Below are positions 29,813 to 38,566 of a stretch of 64,000 bases of DNA, in pieces (positions within the stretch are counted from its first letter, which is position 1; every line of letters begins with the position of its first letter). A model generated the notes under the pieces. The model had not been told where the DNA came from. It saw nothing but the letters and a program-made list of their open reading frames with translations, and searched no databases. Made by a program: the position numbers and the translations under genes. The stretch is from Oceanispirochaeta sp. (GTDB lineage: Bacteria > Spirochaetota > Spirochaetia > DSM-2461), in contig CAXXXD010000004.1 of assembly GCA_963663385.2 (NCBI GenBank), forward strand, positions 1,024,001-1,088,000, given 5' to 3'.

Positions 29813-31039
29813 TTGATGAGAAAGGATCACAAAATAGGAGAGGGCCGGCCCGACCGGTTAGCGCGTATCATATGGCGTTCAGGCAGTGTTGTTGCCAGAC
29901 TGCTATATAATAGAACCCTGAATATACAGTTGAAAAACTTTGAGTGGTTTGACCAGGTCGAGCCGCCCTTTCTGATACTGGGTAACCATGTAACCAATTA
30001 TGATCCTGTTATAATCTCATCCAACCAGAAGCATCTGATTCACTGGGTGGCGGGGGATGCCGTATTCCGGCATCCTGTTCTCCGCTGGGTCTTCAACCGC
30101 ATTCAGACCATTCCGAAAACCAAAGGAACCTCCGATCTGGATACGGTACGGCTGATGCACCAGAAAGTGCGGGAAGGGGGTGTTGTCGGTTTGTTCCCCG
30201 AAGGACACGCCTGTTGGGACGGGAAAACCCATGATGTTATGCCTGCCACGGCTAAACTGGTTAAACTGCTGAAGGTGCCTGTTATCTCTGTTGTAAACCG
30301 CGGGGGGTATATCACTCAGCCCCGCTGGGTCTGGTCCGGAAACAGAAGGCGGAGCAGGATCCTTCTGGAAGCGAATCTGATGATAGGGCAGGATGAGTTA
30401 AAGAGTCTGAGCGCAGAGGATATAGACCGTAAAATTACCAAGGCCCTTTATAACGATGATTTTCTGTTCCAGAGAGAAAACCCTGTTCGCCTGGAGAGTG
30501 AAAAAAGGGCGGAACACCTGGAACTGTTCTCCTATATCTGTCCCGGATGCGGCAGTCTGGAGACACTCCGTTCAAAGGGAAATGATGTGAAGTGTCTTCA
30601 CTGCGGCTGGGGCTTTTCCATTGATCCCTACGGTCAGTTTCCTGAAGGAGGAGATTTCCCTTTTGCCGATTTAACCGAGTGGGATGCCTGGCAGCAGGGG
30701 GAAACCCGTAAAATCGCGAAAGCTTATCTTGCAGAAGAAAATCCCTCCGGTCCTTTACTGGAAGACAGGCATATCACACTCCTGACCGGTGCGGGACTTG
30801 TCCCCCTGAAGCCCTTCTGCAAGGGTGATGCCCGCCTGTTGAAGGACCGGATTCTCTTTATCCCGGTAAAGGGGGAATTACTCAGTTTTATTCTGAAAGA
30901 GGTGGAAGCCGTCAGTATTTTCAAACAGCAGAAACTGGAATTCTATTACAACAGAATACTCTACCGTTTCCATTTTGATAAACCCTGGGATTCCGCCTAT
31001 AAGTGGCTCTCTTTTATAGAGGTTCTTCAGGAGGACTGA
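29813..31039 (+). CDS. Lysophospholipid acyltransferase (PlsC family) with C-terminal Zn-ribbon extension
   Basis: NHVTNYD (HxxxxD), FPEG; CPGC...CLHC. Confidence 0.85.
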   Translation: MMRKDHKIGEGRPDRLARIIWRSGSVVARLLYNRTLNIQLKNFEWFDQVEPPFLILGNHVTNYDPVIISSNQKHLIHWVAGDAVFRHPVLRWVFNRIQTIPKTKGTSDLDTVRLMHQKVREGGVVGLFPEGHACWDGKTHDVMPATAKLVKLLKVPVISVVNRGGYITQPRWVWSGNRRRSRILLEANLMIGQDELKSLSAEDIDRKITKALYNDDFLFQRENPVRLESEKRAEHLELFSYICPGCGSLETLRSKGNDVKCLHCGWGFSIDPYGQFPEGGDFPFADLTEWDAWQQGETRKIAKAYLAEENPSGPLLEDRHITLLTGAGLVPLKPFCKGDARLLKDRILFIPVKGELLSFILKEVEAVSIFKQQKLEFYYNRILYRFHFDKPWDSAYKWLSFIEVLQED

Positions 31040-31463
31040 TCAGATCCTCCTTCCCGGCTTTTCTTCGGATCCGGTTGATTCCGTTATGTATGCTGTTCCG
31101 TGAGATAAGGGAAATCTCCATTTTCCTTTTTCCCGGGAAATCCATCAGAAAAATACCGGCCATTATGGTAAGCAGTCCCTGTCCGGGGATAAAAAGCATA
31201 ATAAATCCCAGGATAAGCAGCAGGAATCCTGTTATATTTTTCACTCCTGTCAGGAGCAGTCTCAGGATCAGTAAGCCTTTTCCGGTAGAGGGATGCCGTT
31301 CCTTTCTGGTATGGATGAAATAGTCCGGAGGTATCCGGATCAGGATCAGGGGCAGAATGAGAAGGGTTCCGAAAAATGTCAGAACCGAGATGCTCCCCAG
31401 GATCCAGATCAGATTCGGATACCCGCTGACAATGCTGTCTAATTCAGAGGACAAGAAGTCCAT
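31014..31463 (-). CDS. PGPGW-like membrane protein
   Basis: MLFIPGQGLLTI.AG, DFPGKR. Confidence 0.7.
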   Translation of the reverse strand: MDFLSSELDSIVSGYPNLIWILGSISVLTFFGTLLILPLILIRIPPDYFIHTRKERHPSTGKGLLILRLLLTGVKNITGFLLLILGFIMLFIPGQGLLTIMAGIFLMDFPGKRKMEISLISRNSIHNGINRIRRKAGKEDLISPPEEPL

Positions 31464-33615
31464 AATCCATCAGTTCCGTAAAGAGGGGCTTTTCAAACCA
31501 GAGAGAACCGTCTATCCCGAATTGTTCCGCCAGAATTTCGGCATCACAAGCGCTGATCCCCCTTTTATTTTCCCGTTTCGGATCAGCCTGTTTTAAAAGT
31601 TCCATAATAAAAAGGCCTTCATCTTTTTCTACAGTAAGAAGCTCCTGATAGCTGTTGCCGCGGAAGATCAGTGTCTCGCCTTCCAGCTGCGGCGGATTCT
31701 CTATCCAGATCAGACGGGAATCATTTTTCAGATCAAGTTCCATGGGGCTGCCGAGGAGAGCGGCAATCTCTCTTTTTTTGACTTTGGGAGAAGGGGTTCT
31801 GAAATCGAACCAGTTTCTGAGAGGCATGGAGAACCCCTTGTTGTTCATATAATTGTAGAGAGCCGTTCTTAATCCCTCACCGTACCGGGACAGATCAGGG
31901 CTATCCTGATCAAAAAGAAGGTCGTTCCTGGCAAAACCGGCAAATTCAGGTCCTTTTATCCTGACTCCGTACTTTTCGGGATTTTTTCCGACCGGGCTGT
32001 GATCTGTCAGGGAGAACTGGTGCCAGTAGGCTGACTGAATCAAACCGGCCTGAAACATCTGACGGATTGTTTCCAGGGCATCTATCAGTTCCTGTTCATT
32101 TTGACCGGGAAAGCCGTACATCAGGTAGCTGTGAACCATAATATCGGCATCCCGGAATGCTCTGGTAACTTCCACAACCTGTTTTACCGTTACCCCCTTA
32201 TCCATCAGTTCCAGCATCCTGTCCGATGCCACTTCCAGGCCCCCGGAGACCGCGATACATCCCGATCGGGCCAGAAGGCGGCAGAGATCCGGAGTAAACT
32301 GTTTTTCGTAGCGTATATTGGTCCACCAGGATACATTCATCCGGCGGCTCAGCAGCTCCAGGGCAAGTTCTTTCATCAGCCTGGGAGGAGCCGCTTCATC
32401 TATAAAATGGAACCCCCTGTATCCGGTCTGTTCCAGAAGCTGTTCCATCTGATCTGCAATAACTTTCGCCGATGCCGGTTCATAGCGGCCTATGTAATCC
32501 AGGGATGTATCGCAGAAAGCACAGCGATGCCAGTAGCAGCCGTGGGCCAGCATCATTTTTATCCAGGGCCCTTCGCTCCAGAGACGGTGCATGGGGTTCT
32601 CCCTGTCCGAGAGGGACAGGTAAAAGTGCAGGGGAAGATCGGAATAGTCCGGCGCGGGTCTGTCACTGTGGCGGCACACTTCTCCTTCTGAATCGCTATA
32701 GTAGAAAACATCCTTTTCCATATAGTAGGTTCTGACCAGCTTATCCGGGTTGAATTCTTTTCCCTGCATCTTATTCTGCAGCTGTTCTGTCAGGGCAGTC
32801 ATGGCATCTTCCCCGTCATCCAGGGTGATGTAGTGGAAATAATCCATAATCCTGGAATCGTCCAGTTCCCTGAGTTCCGTGTTTATATACCCGCCGCCGG
32901 CGCAGATTTTAATGGAGGGGTACTCTTCCCGGATGAACCGGGCCCCCTTGAGAGCCTGAAGAAGGTTTCCGGGAAAGGGGATGGAAAAGCCGACGAGATC
33001 AGGTTTGAATTCCCTGATATGCTCATTCAGAATAAGCACATGGTTCCTGTCTACAATCCCTTCGCTGTACTGGCAGAGGATATCCAGATTATCAAAGGAG
33101 GGGGGCGAAAGAGCCAGTTGTTCGGCATAGCGGCTGAATCCGAAATCCTCATCCACTACCCTGTTGATATAGTCTCCCAGATCTTCCAGGTAGAGGGTAC
33201 TGCGGTACCTGGCCAGATCGGTTATCCCCATCTTTCCGAAGGAATCATCATCCGGATTGTTCAGTATGAACCTTTCTCCTTCGGGAAGGTAGCCGGGCCG
33301 TGCCAGCAGGGTGGCAAGGCTGTTGTCCTGTCCCTGAAGGAAGCTGATAACCCCGTCGATTGTTTCAAGGTAACGGTCCTTCATATTGCGGATCCTGCGA
33401 ACAGAATCGGGTTCCTGTTCCGGAGTCAGTTCTGATGGCAGTTCGAAAATCTCTTCCAGACCGCTGCGGGAGAAGAGGGAGAGGAATACCTCCAGACCGG
33501 TATCCGCCTGACGGACCTGATGTCCTTCTTTCGTCAGCCAGGCTTTTAAAAAGGCTGTGGCCGGATAGGGGGTATTCAGTTGGCAGAAGGGGGGGGTGAC
33601 AAGTAGTATTTTCAT
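31444..33615 (-). CDS. B12-binding-domain radical SAM protein
   Basis: N-terminal LVTPP..Q.NTPYPA; GCYWHRCAFC; FIDEAAP, GLE, YLMYGFP. Confidence 0.85.
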   Translation of the reverse strand: MKILLVTPPFCQLNTPYPATAFLKAWLTKEGHQVRQADTGLEVFLSLFSRSGLEEIFELPSELTPEQEPDSVRRIRNMKDRYLETIDGVISFLQGQDNSLATLLARPGYLPEGERFILNNPDDDSFGKMGITDLARYRSTLYLEDLGDYINRVVDEDFGFSRYAEQLALSPPSFDNLDILCQYSEGIVDRNHVLILNEHIREFKPDLVGFSIPFPGNLLQALKGARFIREEYPSIKICAGGGYINTELRELDDSRIMDYFHYITLDDGEDAMTALTEQLQNKMQGKEFNPDKLVRTYYMEKDVFYYSDSEGEVCRHSDRPAPDYSDLPLHFYLSLSDRENPMHRLWSEGPWIKMMLAHGCYWHRCAFCDTSLDYIGRYEPASAKVIADQMEQLLEQTGYRGFHFIDEAAPPRLMKELALELLSRRMNVSWWTNIRYEKQFTPDLCRLLARSGCIAVSGGLEVASDRMLELMDKGVTVKQVVEVTRAFRDADIMVHSYLMYGFPGQNEQELIDALETIRQMFQAGLIQSAYWHQFSLTDHSPVGKNPEKYGVRIKGPEFAGFARNDLLFDQDSPDLSRYGEGLRTALYNYMNNKGFSMPLRNWFDFRTPSPKVKKREIAALLGSPMELDLKNDSRLIWIENPPQLEGETLIFRGNSYQELLTVEKDEGLFIMELLKQADPKRENKRGISACDAEILAEQFGIDGSLWFEKPLFTELMDYGLLVL

Positions 33616-33618
33616 ATT

Positions 33619-34122
33619 TTATCTGTTTAATGAAACTCCCGCACTGATCCGGTGACCGATTTCGTCTCCAAAGGTAAGGGAGTACTGGAAATAGCTGAAG
33701 AGAGCGTTAAGCCTTATTCCGGCAGTCGGATAGCTTCTGGTTTCGGCTGACTCTTCCTCTACAATGATGTCCTGAAACTCAATTCCTCCCAGAATGGTAA
33801 AGGTTATAAGTTTAAGTGCACTGATTTTCGCATAGGCCAGGGGGATATGGCTGTTCATGCTGACACTTAAACCGCTGAGGTCTTCATCAAACGCCCAGTT
33901 ATGGGCAAAACAGTACTCGCCCCCTAAGGATAAAAGAGGAAGAACTCCATAACCGATTCCCCCGAACAGGGATAATCCTATGGAAAATTCCGGGTGAACC
34001 GAGTCGTTTCCCGGAAAATAGCCATTATACCCGCCGCCCAGATGATAGTCCAAAGCCTCTGCATGTATAATGGAGGCTGACACTGTGAACAGTATAGCCA
34101 GAATAAAGGTACGCTTTTTCAT
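33619..34122 (-). CDS. Exported hypothetical protein, possible small outer-membrane beta-barrel
   Basis: Signal peptide followed by alternating Gly/aromatic beta-strand-like segments. Confidence 0.6.
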   Translation of the reverse strand: MKKRTFILAILFTVSASIIHAEALDYHLGGGYNGYFPGNDSVHPEFSIGLSLFGGIGYGVLPLLSLGGEYCFAHNWAFDEDLSGLSVSMNSHIPLAYAKISALKLITFTILGGIEFQDIIVEEESAETRSYPTAGIRLNALFSYFQYSLTFGDEIGHRISAGVSLNR

Positions 34123-35396
34123 CTTCCTCTTCCTCTCTCAAGGCCGATCTGTCTGGTCTTCTCCCTGTAAGTATAAAGCATATCCTCCTCAAAATCTTCA
34201 TTGGAGGCATACTCCCGGCCGAAAACACCTTTCCAGAGGGATGGATCTTCCATACAGAGATAGAAGTAAACCCTGCCGTGCCAGGGGCTGAAAGCCTGAT
34301 ACCCTTCCCGGAAAATCTCTTCTTTCAACGCAAGGGGGTAGGACCATTTACCTGCCGCTTCTTCCAGGGGCATCTGCAGTATCTTTGTTTTAATGGGGCG
34401 TTTGCGTAACAGTTTCAGCACAGGTTTGATAAATGTAAGGGTGCCCATGGAAACTGTAACAACTTCTTCCGGGGAAAAACGGGATATCAGGTCACGGATC
34501 ATCTCCCTGTATTCTTCTTTCCAGTTTTTGTACCAGACCATGGGATGAAGGTGAAATCCTACGGGAATCCCTCTGTCAGCTACTGCGCGGGCCGCTTTGA
34601 GTCTGTTCTCCAGGGAGGCTGTCAGTCTCTCTTCCGATCGGATAACCGTTTGTGTATTAAGCGACCACGTAACAAGAACATTTGAAGGAACATCCAGCTT
34701 CAGAAGATCCGCAATATTATCAGACTTCGTCTTCAGTTCCAGTATGACATTGGGATTTTTCCGGGCAAAAGCAATCAGCTCCTCCAGCAAACCTTCCCTG
34801 TTTCCCCACATAAGGGAATCCGAAGACTGTCCTGTGCCTATATGCCAGGTTTTATCCGGATCCAGATCAAGGACAGCCAGTTTCTCTTTCAGATCCTTAT
34901 GAAACAGGATGTGATCATCATGGTAGAAGGACTGGATGGAACAGTAGGAGCAGTCGAAACCGCAATTAATGACAGCATCCAGTGTTTTAAGCTGACAACA
35001 GCGGGTTTTAGCTGAAGCCACCGGGCAGTCCCCCAGTATGGTCCGGTTATCCTCGAGGGCCAGAAAGCCCGGGGTATTGCTTTTTACCGCTTCGGTGCGA
35101 AAATGACTGTAGTCTTTGGGGGTCTCTTTCAGGGAATCCCACTCTTTCCGCAGCTGTCTGAAAAGCCTGCCCTTTTCGTTCCGGTTGCCTCTCATTTCAG
35201 GATTATCCTCTTTCCACAGGGAGGACAGGAAACCTTCATCCCAGGTCTCCAGATCACGGGCAATACGTATGAGTATCCGGATCTCCTGATGGCTGAGCTG
35301 CCAGTTCCGATCCAGTTCTTCCAGGAAAATTCTGTTTTCTTCTGTCAGGAGACGGTATTCCCCGTCTTCCAGAAATTGTGCTAATTTATTTGACAT
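34119..35396 (-). CDS. Spore photoproduct lyase (SPL)-family radical SAM protein
   Basis: NCGFDCSYC, IGTGQSSDSL, LELKTKS, TWSLN, RLKAA, GFHLHP. Start placed at MSNKL to avoid overlap with rluA. Confidence 0.8.
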   Translation of the reverse strand: MSNKLAQFLEDGEYRLLTEENRIFLEELDRNWQLSHQEIRILIRIARDLETWDEGFLSSLWKEDNPEMRGNRNEKGRLFRQLRKEWDSLKETPKDYSHFRTEAVKSNTPGFLALEDNRTILGDCPVASAKTRCCQLKTLDAVINCGFDCSYCSIQSFYHDDHILFHKDLKEKLAVLDLDPDKTWHIGTGQSSDSLMWGNREGLLEELIAFARKNPNVILELKTKSDNIADLLKLDVPSNVLVTWSLNTQTVIRSEERLTASLENRLKAARAVADRGIPVGFHLHPMVWYKNWKEEYREMIRDLISRFSPEEVVTVSMGTLTFIKPVLKLLRKRPIKTKILQMPLEEAAGKWSYPLALKEEIFREGYQAFSPWHGRVYFYLCMEDPSLWKGVFGREYASNEDFEEDMLYTYREKTRQIGLERGRGR

Positions 35397-35429
35397 AGTT
35401 ATGAATGATACTACAGGAAAGCTTTTCCA

Positions 35430-36047
35430 ATGGAAATAATATACCGGGATGAATCCCTGATTATCTCTGAAAAACCGGCCGGTCTGCTCAGTGTTCCAGG
35501 CCGGGGGCCGGAAAAGGCGGATTGTCACTACTCCCGTCTTGCGGAAAAGATCCCGGACCTGAGGGTTGTTCACCGTCTGGATCAGGCCACCTCGGGGCTT
35601 ATGGTATGGGCTGTCGGTATTGAAGTTCAGAGAAATCTAAGCCGGCAGTTTGAGAAACGGCTGGTAAAAAAAGCCTATGAAGCTCTTGTCCTGGGGGTTC
35701 TTCCCGGAAAAAGCGGACGGATCAGTTTAAAACAGAGACTGGATCCGGATAACAGGCCCAGGCAGATAATCGATCCGGAACTGGGTAAAGAGGGGGTAAC
35801 GGACTGGGATTTTACAGGAGTCGATCCTCACGGTCTTCAGCGGGTACGCCTCTACCCGCAAACAGGCCGGACTCATCAGCTGCGGCTTCATCTCTCTTTC
35901 CTCAACTGTCCTATTGCCGGAGATACTCTATATGGAGAGGGGGGTGATGACCGCTTCGGGCGGATGTGCCTTCATGCCTGTTTCCTTGAGTTCATTCATC
36001 CTTTGAGCGGAGAGAAAATGGCTTTTCGGTCGAAAGTGCCATTCTGA
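35430..36047 (+). CDS. rluA: RluA-family pseudouridine synthase
   Basis: EKPAGLLSVPG, VHRLDQATSGL, TGRTHQLR, IAGD.LY. Confidence 0.9.
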   Translation: MEIIYRDESLIISEKPAGLLSVPGRGPEKADCHYSRLAEKIPDLRVVHRLDQATSGLMVWAVGIEVQRNLSRQFEKRLVKKAYEALVLGVLPGKSGRISLKQRLDPDNRPRQIIDPELGKEGVTDWDFTGVDPHGLQRVRLYPQTGRTHQLRLHLSFLNCPIAGDTLYGEGGDDRFGRMCLHACFLEFIHPLSGEKMAFRSKVPF

Positions 36048-36054
36048 TTTTCTT

Positions 36055-36726
36055 CTAATCCAGGAATCCTTCTTCCTCGACATATTTCCGGGCCATTTCC
36101 AGGTCTTTCGGATCGATCAGAGGGGCATACCTGTCCAGAAAGTCATGGTCATATTTGGCTGCGCACCAGAGTAGGCTCCAGACGGAGTTGTTTTTTACAT
36201 CTCCCAGTTCCTTGTATATCCGGTAAACCTTCAGGTAGGACTTCAGGATCTCTTCCGTTTCAATGTCGGAATAGATATCCCCATTGCCCAGGCGGTTATA
36301 GATATCGATGATTTCCCTGGGGAATATCAGATCGGGATCATCGGAACGCATGTCGTTCCTGACGTATAAATCCGGCCAGAGGAAAATATCATCCCAGTAA
36401 TAACCGGTTACCAGAGAGAAGGATTCTCCCTCTTCAACAGTATGATGGCCTGTTACAAACCGTTCCGGTGCGGATGGTTCTGCCGGAGGAGCCGGCTTAA
36501 AAGCGGGGGGCTCCGGTTGTGCTGTCTCTTCTGCTGCTGCCGTTTCGGGTTGTTCTGTCTGGTTCCTGCCTTTATCCGTGCTTTTCCCGGGCGACTGGAC
36601 CATAACCGCATCATTTCTGCTGCTGATTTTATCGTGCTGCATATTGATATAGAAATAGGCACCAAGCAGCAGTATCAGCAGGAAGAAGAGGATAAAGAGT
36701 GTATTGCGAAGAGGTTTTCTTTCCAT
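36055..36726 (-). CDS. Membrane-anchored LysM-domain protein
   Basis: N-terminal TM, Pro/Ala linker, HTVEEGESF...YYWDD..LWP.LY..N...DPDLIFP. Confidence 0.75.
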   Translation of the reverse strand: MERKPLRNTLFILFFLLILLLGAYFYINMQHDKISSRNDAVMVQSPGKSTDKGRNQTEQPETAAAEETAQPEPPAFKPAPPAEPSAPERFVTGHHTVEEGESFSLVTGYYWDDIFLWPDLYVRNDMRSDDPDLIFPREIIDIYNRLGNGDIYSDIETEEILKSYLKVYRIYKELGDVKNNSVWSLLWCAAKYDHDFLDRYAPLIDPKDLEMARKYVEEEGFLD

Positions 36727-36836
36727 CTCATTTAATTATCGGTGATTTCGGGGTAAAAATGAATATTTTGGTTTGGGATTTTTGATAAAAAAAGCCAGCA
36801 AAGCGCCTGATCTCATTGTATCCGGTGGGGATTGCT

Positions 36837-36868
36837 GTAGAGACGGGTCTGATTAAACCCTCCTCTAC
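36837..36868 (+). repeat. GTAG-type REP-like palindrome
   Basis: GTAGAGACGGGT-ctgattaa-ACCCTCCTCTAC, an imperfect inverted repeat starting with GTAG. Confidence 0.55.
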
Positions 36869-36891
36869 CGGTTATATTTAAAACTTGTTCG

Positions 36892-37388
36892 CCATCCCTT
36901 CGGGACGCGGAGGTTGGCATTTCTTTACTGATCAGTCCTTGAATGCTTTATGTTCTTTCTAACTTACTCTCCGTTGATTGCAATCAACCTCCGTCTCTAC
37001 GAGACGCGGAGGTTGGCATTTCTTTACTGATCAGTCCTTGAATGCTTTATGTTCTTTCTAACTTACTCTCCGTTGATTGCAATCAACCTCCGTCTCTACG
37101 AGACGCGGAGGTTGGCATTTCCTTACTGATCAGTCCTTTAATGCTTTATGTTCTTTCTAATTTACTCTCCGTTGATTGCAATCAACCTCCGTCTCTACGA
37201 GACGCGGAGGTTGGCATTTCTTTACTGATCAGTCCTTGAATGCTTTATGTTCTTTCTAACTTACTCTCCGTTGATTGCAATCAACCTCCGTCTCTACGAG
37301 ACGCGGAGGTTGGCATTTCCTTACTGATCAGTCCTTTAATGCTTTATGTTCTTTCTAACTTACTCTCCGTTGATTGCAATCAACCTCC
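36892..37388. repeat. Tandem array of five 99-bp units with hairpins, copying a gene 3' end
   Basis: GACGCGGAGG recurs at 36904, 37003, 37102, 37201 and 37300. Units differ at only three internal positions plus a variant terminal hairpin. Confidence 0.97.
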
Positions 37389-38049
37389 ACCCCTCTCTGT
37401 ATTCTCGGAAGTAGAAGATATGGGCTTCTCCGGGGAAGCCGATCTCTTTTTTGAATATATTGACGCCTTCCGGGGTGAGGTTGAGCTTTACGGTCCAGGC
37501 GGTCCCCTCTTTTTTGATAAAGTAGCGGTTGAAGCTGTAGATCAGGCTGGGATCTGTTGAGTCCAGAGGATATTTTTCAAAGGCTGCATTCAGGTATTTT
37601 TCGACTTCTTCTTTTGAAACACCCTGATCAAATCCGGGAAGGTAGAGTCTGGTACTAAGGAGGGAGATAACCTGGGAGGTATTCTCTGTAAATATACCTC
37701 TCAGGAGTTTTGAGAAGTAGTAGCGGACGGCAGAAGGCTCTGTTCCGCCGGGCCGTACAGGGACGGCTGCCTGCTGCTGAACGGCGGCGCTGTCCGGTTC
37801 CACCGCAGGTGCCAGTTTTCCAGATGCCCGGGATGCTTCTATTTCCGGGTAAACCTCAAGGGCAATTGCCCGGAAGGCGGCTGCCTTGTCGGATTCTCCC
37901 ATTTTTTTATAGTTTTCGGAAACCGCAAGATAGGCATCGGCAATCATGAGCCGCTCCGATTCGGGATAGGAGTCATAAAAGTTCTCAGCTGCTGCAGAAA
38001 AAGTGAGGCAAGTCAGTAGTAATATCGTAATCAGATGTCTCTTAATCAT
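37360..38049 (-). CDS. Exported hypothetical protein
   Basis: Signal peptide MIKRHLITILLLTCLTFSAAA after GGGAGAG. The last 29 nt lie inside the repeat array. Confidence 0.8.
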   Translation of the reverse strand: MIKRHLITILLLTCLTFSAAAENFYDSYPESERLMIADAYLAVSENYKKMGESDKAAAFRAIALEVYPEIEASRASGKLAPAVEPDSAAVQQQAAVPVRPGGTEPSAVRYYFSKLLRGIFTENTSQVISLLSTRLYLPGFDQGVSKEEVEKYLNAAFEKYPLDSTDPSLIYSFNRYFIKKEGTAWTVKLNLTPEGVNIFKKEIGFPGEAHIFYFREYREGWRLIAINGE

Positions 38050-38249
38050 TGTTTCTCTCCCGTTTATGGATGTTCCTTGGTATCTTACCATAAATATAAT
38101 CCTGTTAGCTTTAAAAGTAAATCATCAAGCAGTGATGAACACTCTCTTTCGCTATGGAGGAATCATTCCAGGCATTCCCTGCGGATTATAAGAGCTCATA
38201 AGCAGGATTTACGTTGATAGGATGAGAAAAAATCAGTACATTAATATGT

Positions 38250-38564
38250 ATGGCAGAAGGACAAAATCGCTTTGATGGTGAAATACTTGAGAAAGTGGAA
38301 GAAGGACTGAAAGAACCCGCCATGTACAGGGTTCTTTTACTGAATGATGATTATACAACACAGGATTTTGTAGTGGAGATACTGGTTACCGTTTTTCACA
38401 AACAGCCTGTAGACGCTACCAGAATCATGCTGGATGTACATAAAAAGGGCCGGGGAATTGTCGGTCTTTACCCCTACGATATCGCTTCGACAAAAGTTCA
38501 TCAGGTTAAAGAGATGGCGAAACAGAGGGAATTCCCTCTCAAGTGCGTAATGGAGAAAGCCTGA
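38250..38564 (+). CDS. clpS: ATP-dependent Clp protease adaptor ClpS
   Basis: YRVLLLNDDYT..DFVV, MLDVHKKGRG, FPLKC.ME. Confidence 0.95.
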   Translation: MAEGQNRFDGEILEKVEEGLKEPAMYRVLLLNDDYTTQDFVVEILVTVFHKQPVDATRIMLDVHKKGRGIVGLYPYDIASTKVHQVKEMAKQREFPLKCVMEKA

Positions 38565-38566
38565 GT

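Noticed and set aside
35397..35573. N-terminal extension of the SPL-like ORF
   Set aside because: Antisense overlap with rluA; Met at 35396 is more plausible.
36736..36762. Sigma28 promoter for the LysM gene (ACCGATAA on the minus strand)
   Set aside because: Weak -35 match and too close to the start codon to call.
36892..37388. CRISPR array or guide-RNA array
   Set aside because: Whole units are near-identical, there are no unique spacers, and no cas or effector gene is nearby.
37042..37560. Repeat-encoded peptides (MLYVLSNLL...)
   Set aside because: By-product of the 99-bp period; no RBS, antisense to a real gene, and a stop that toggles with one SNP.
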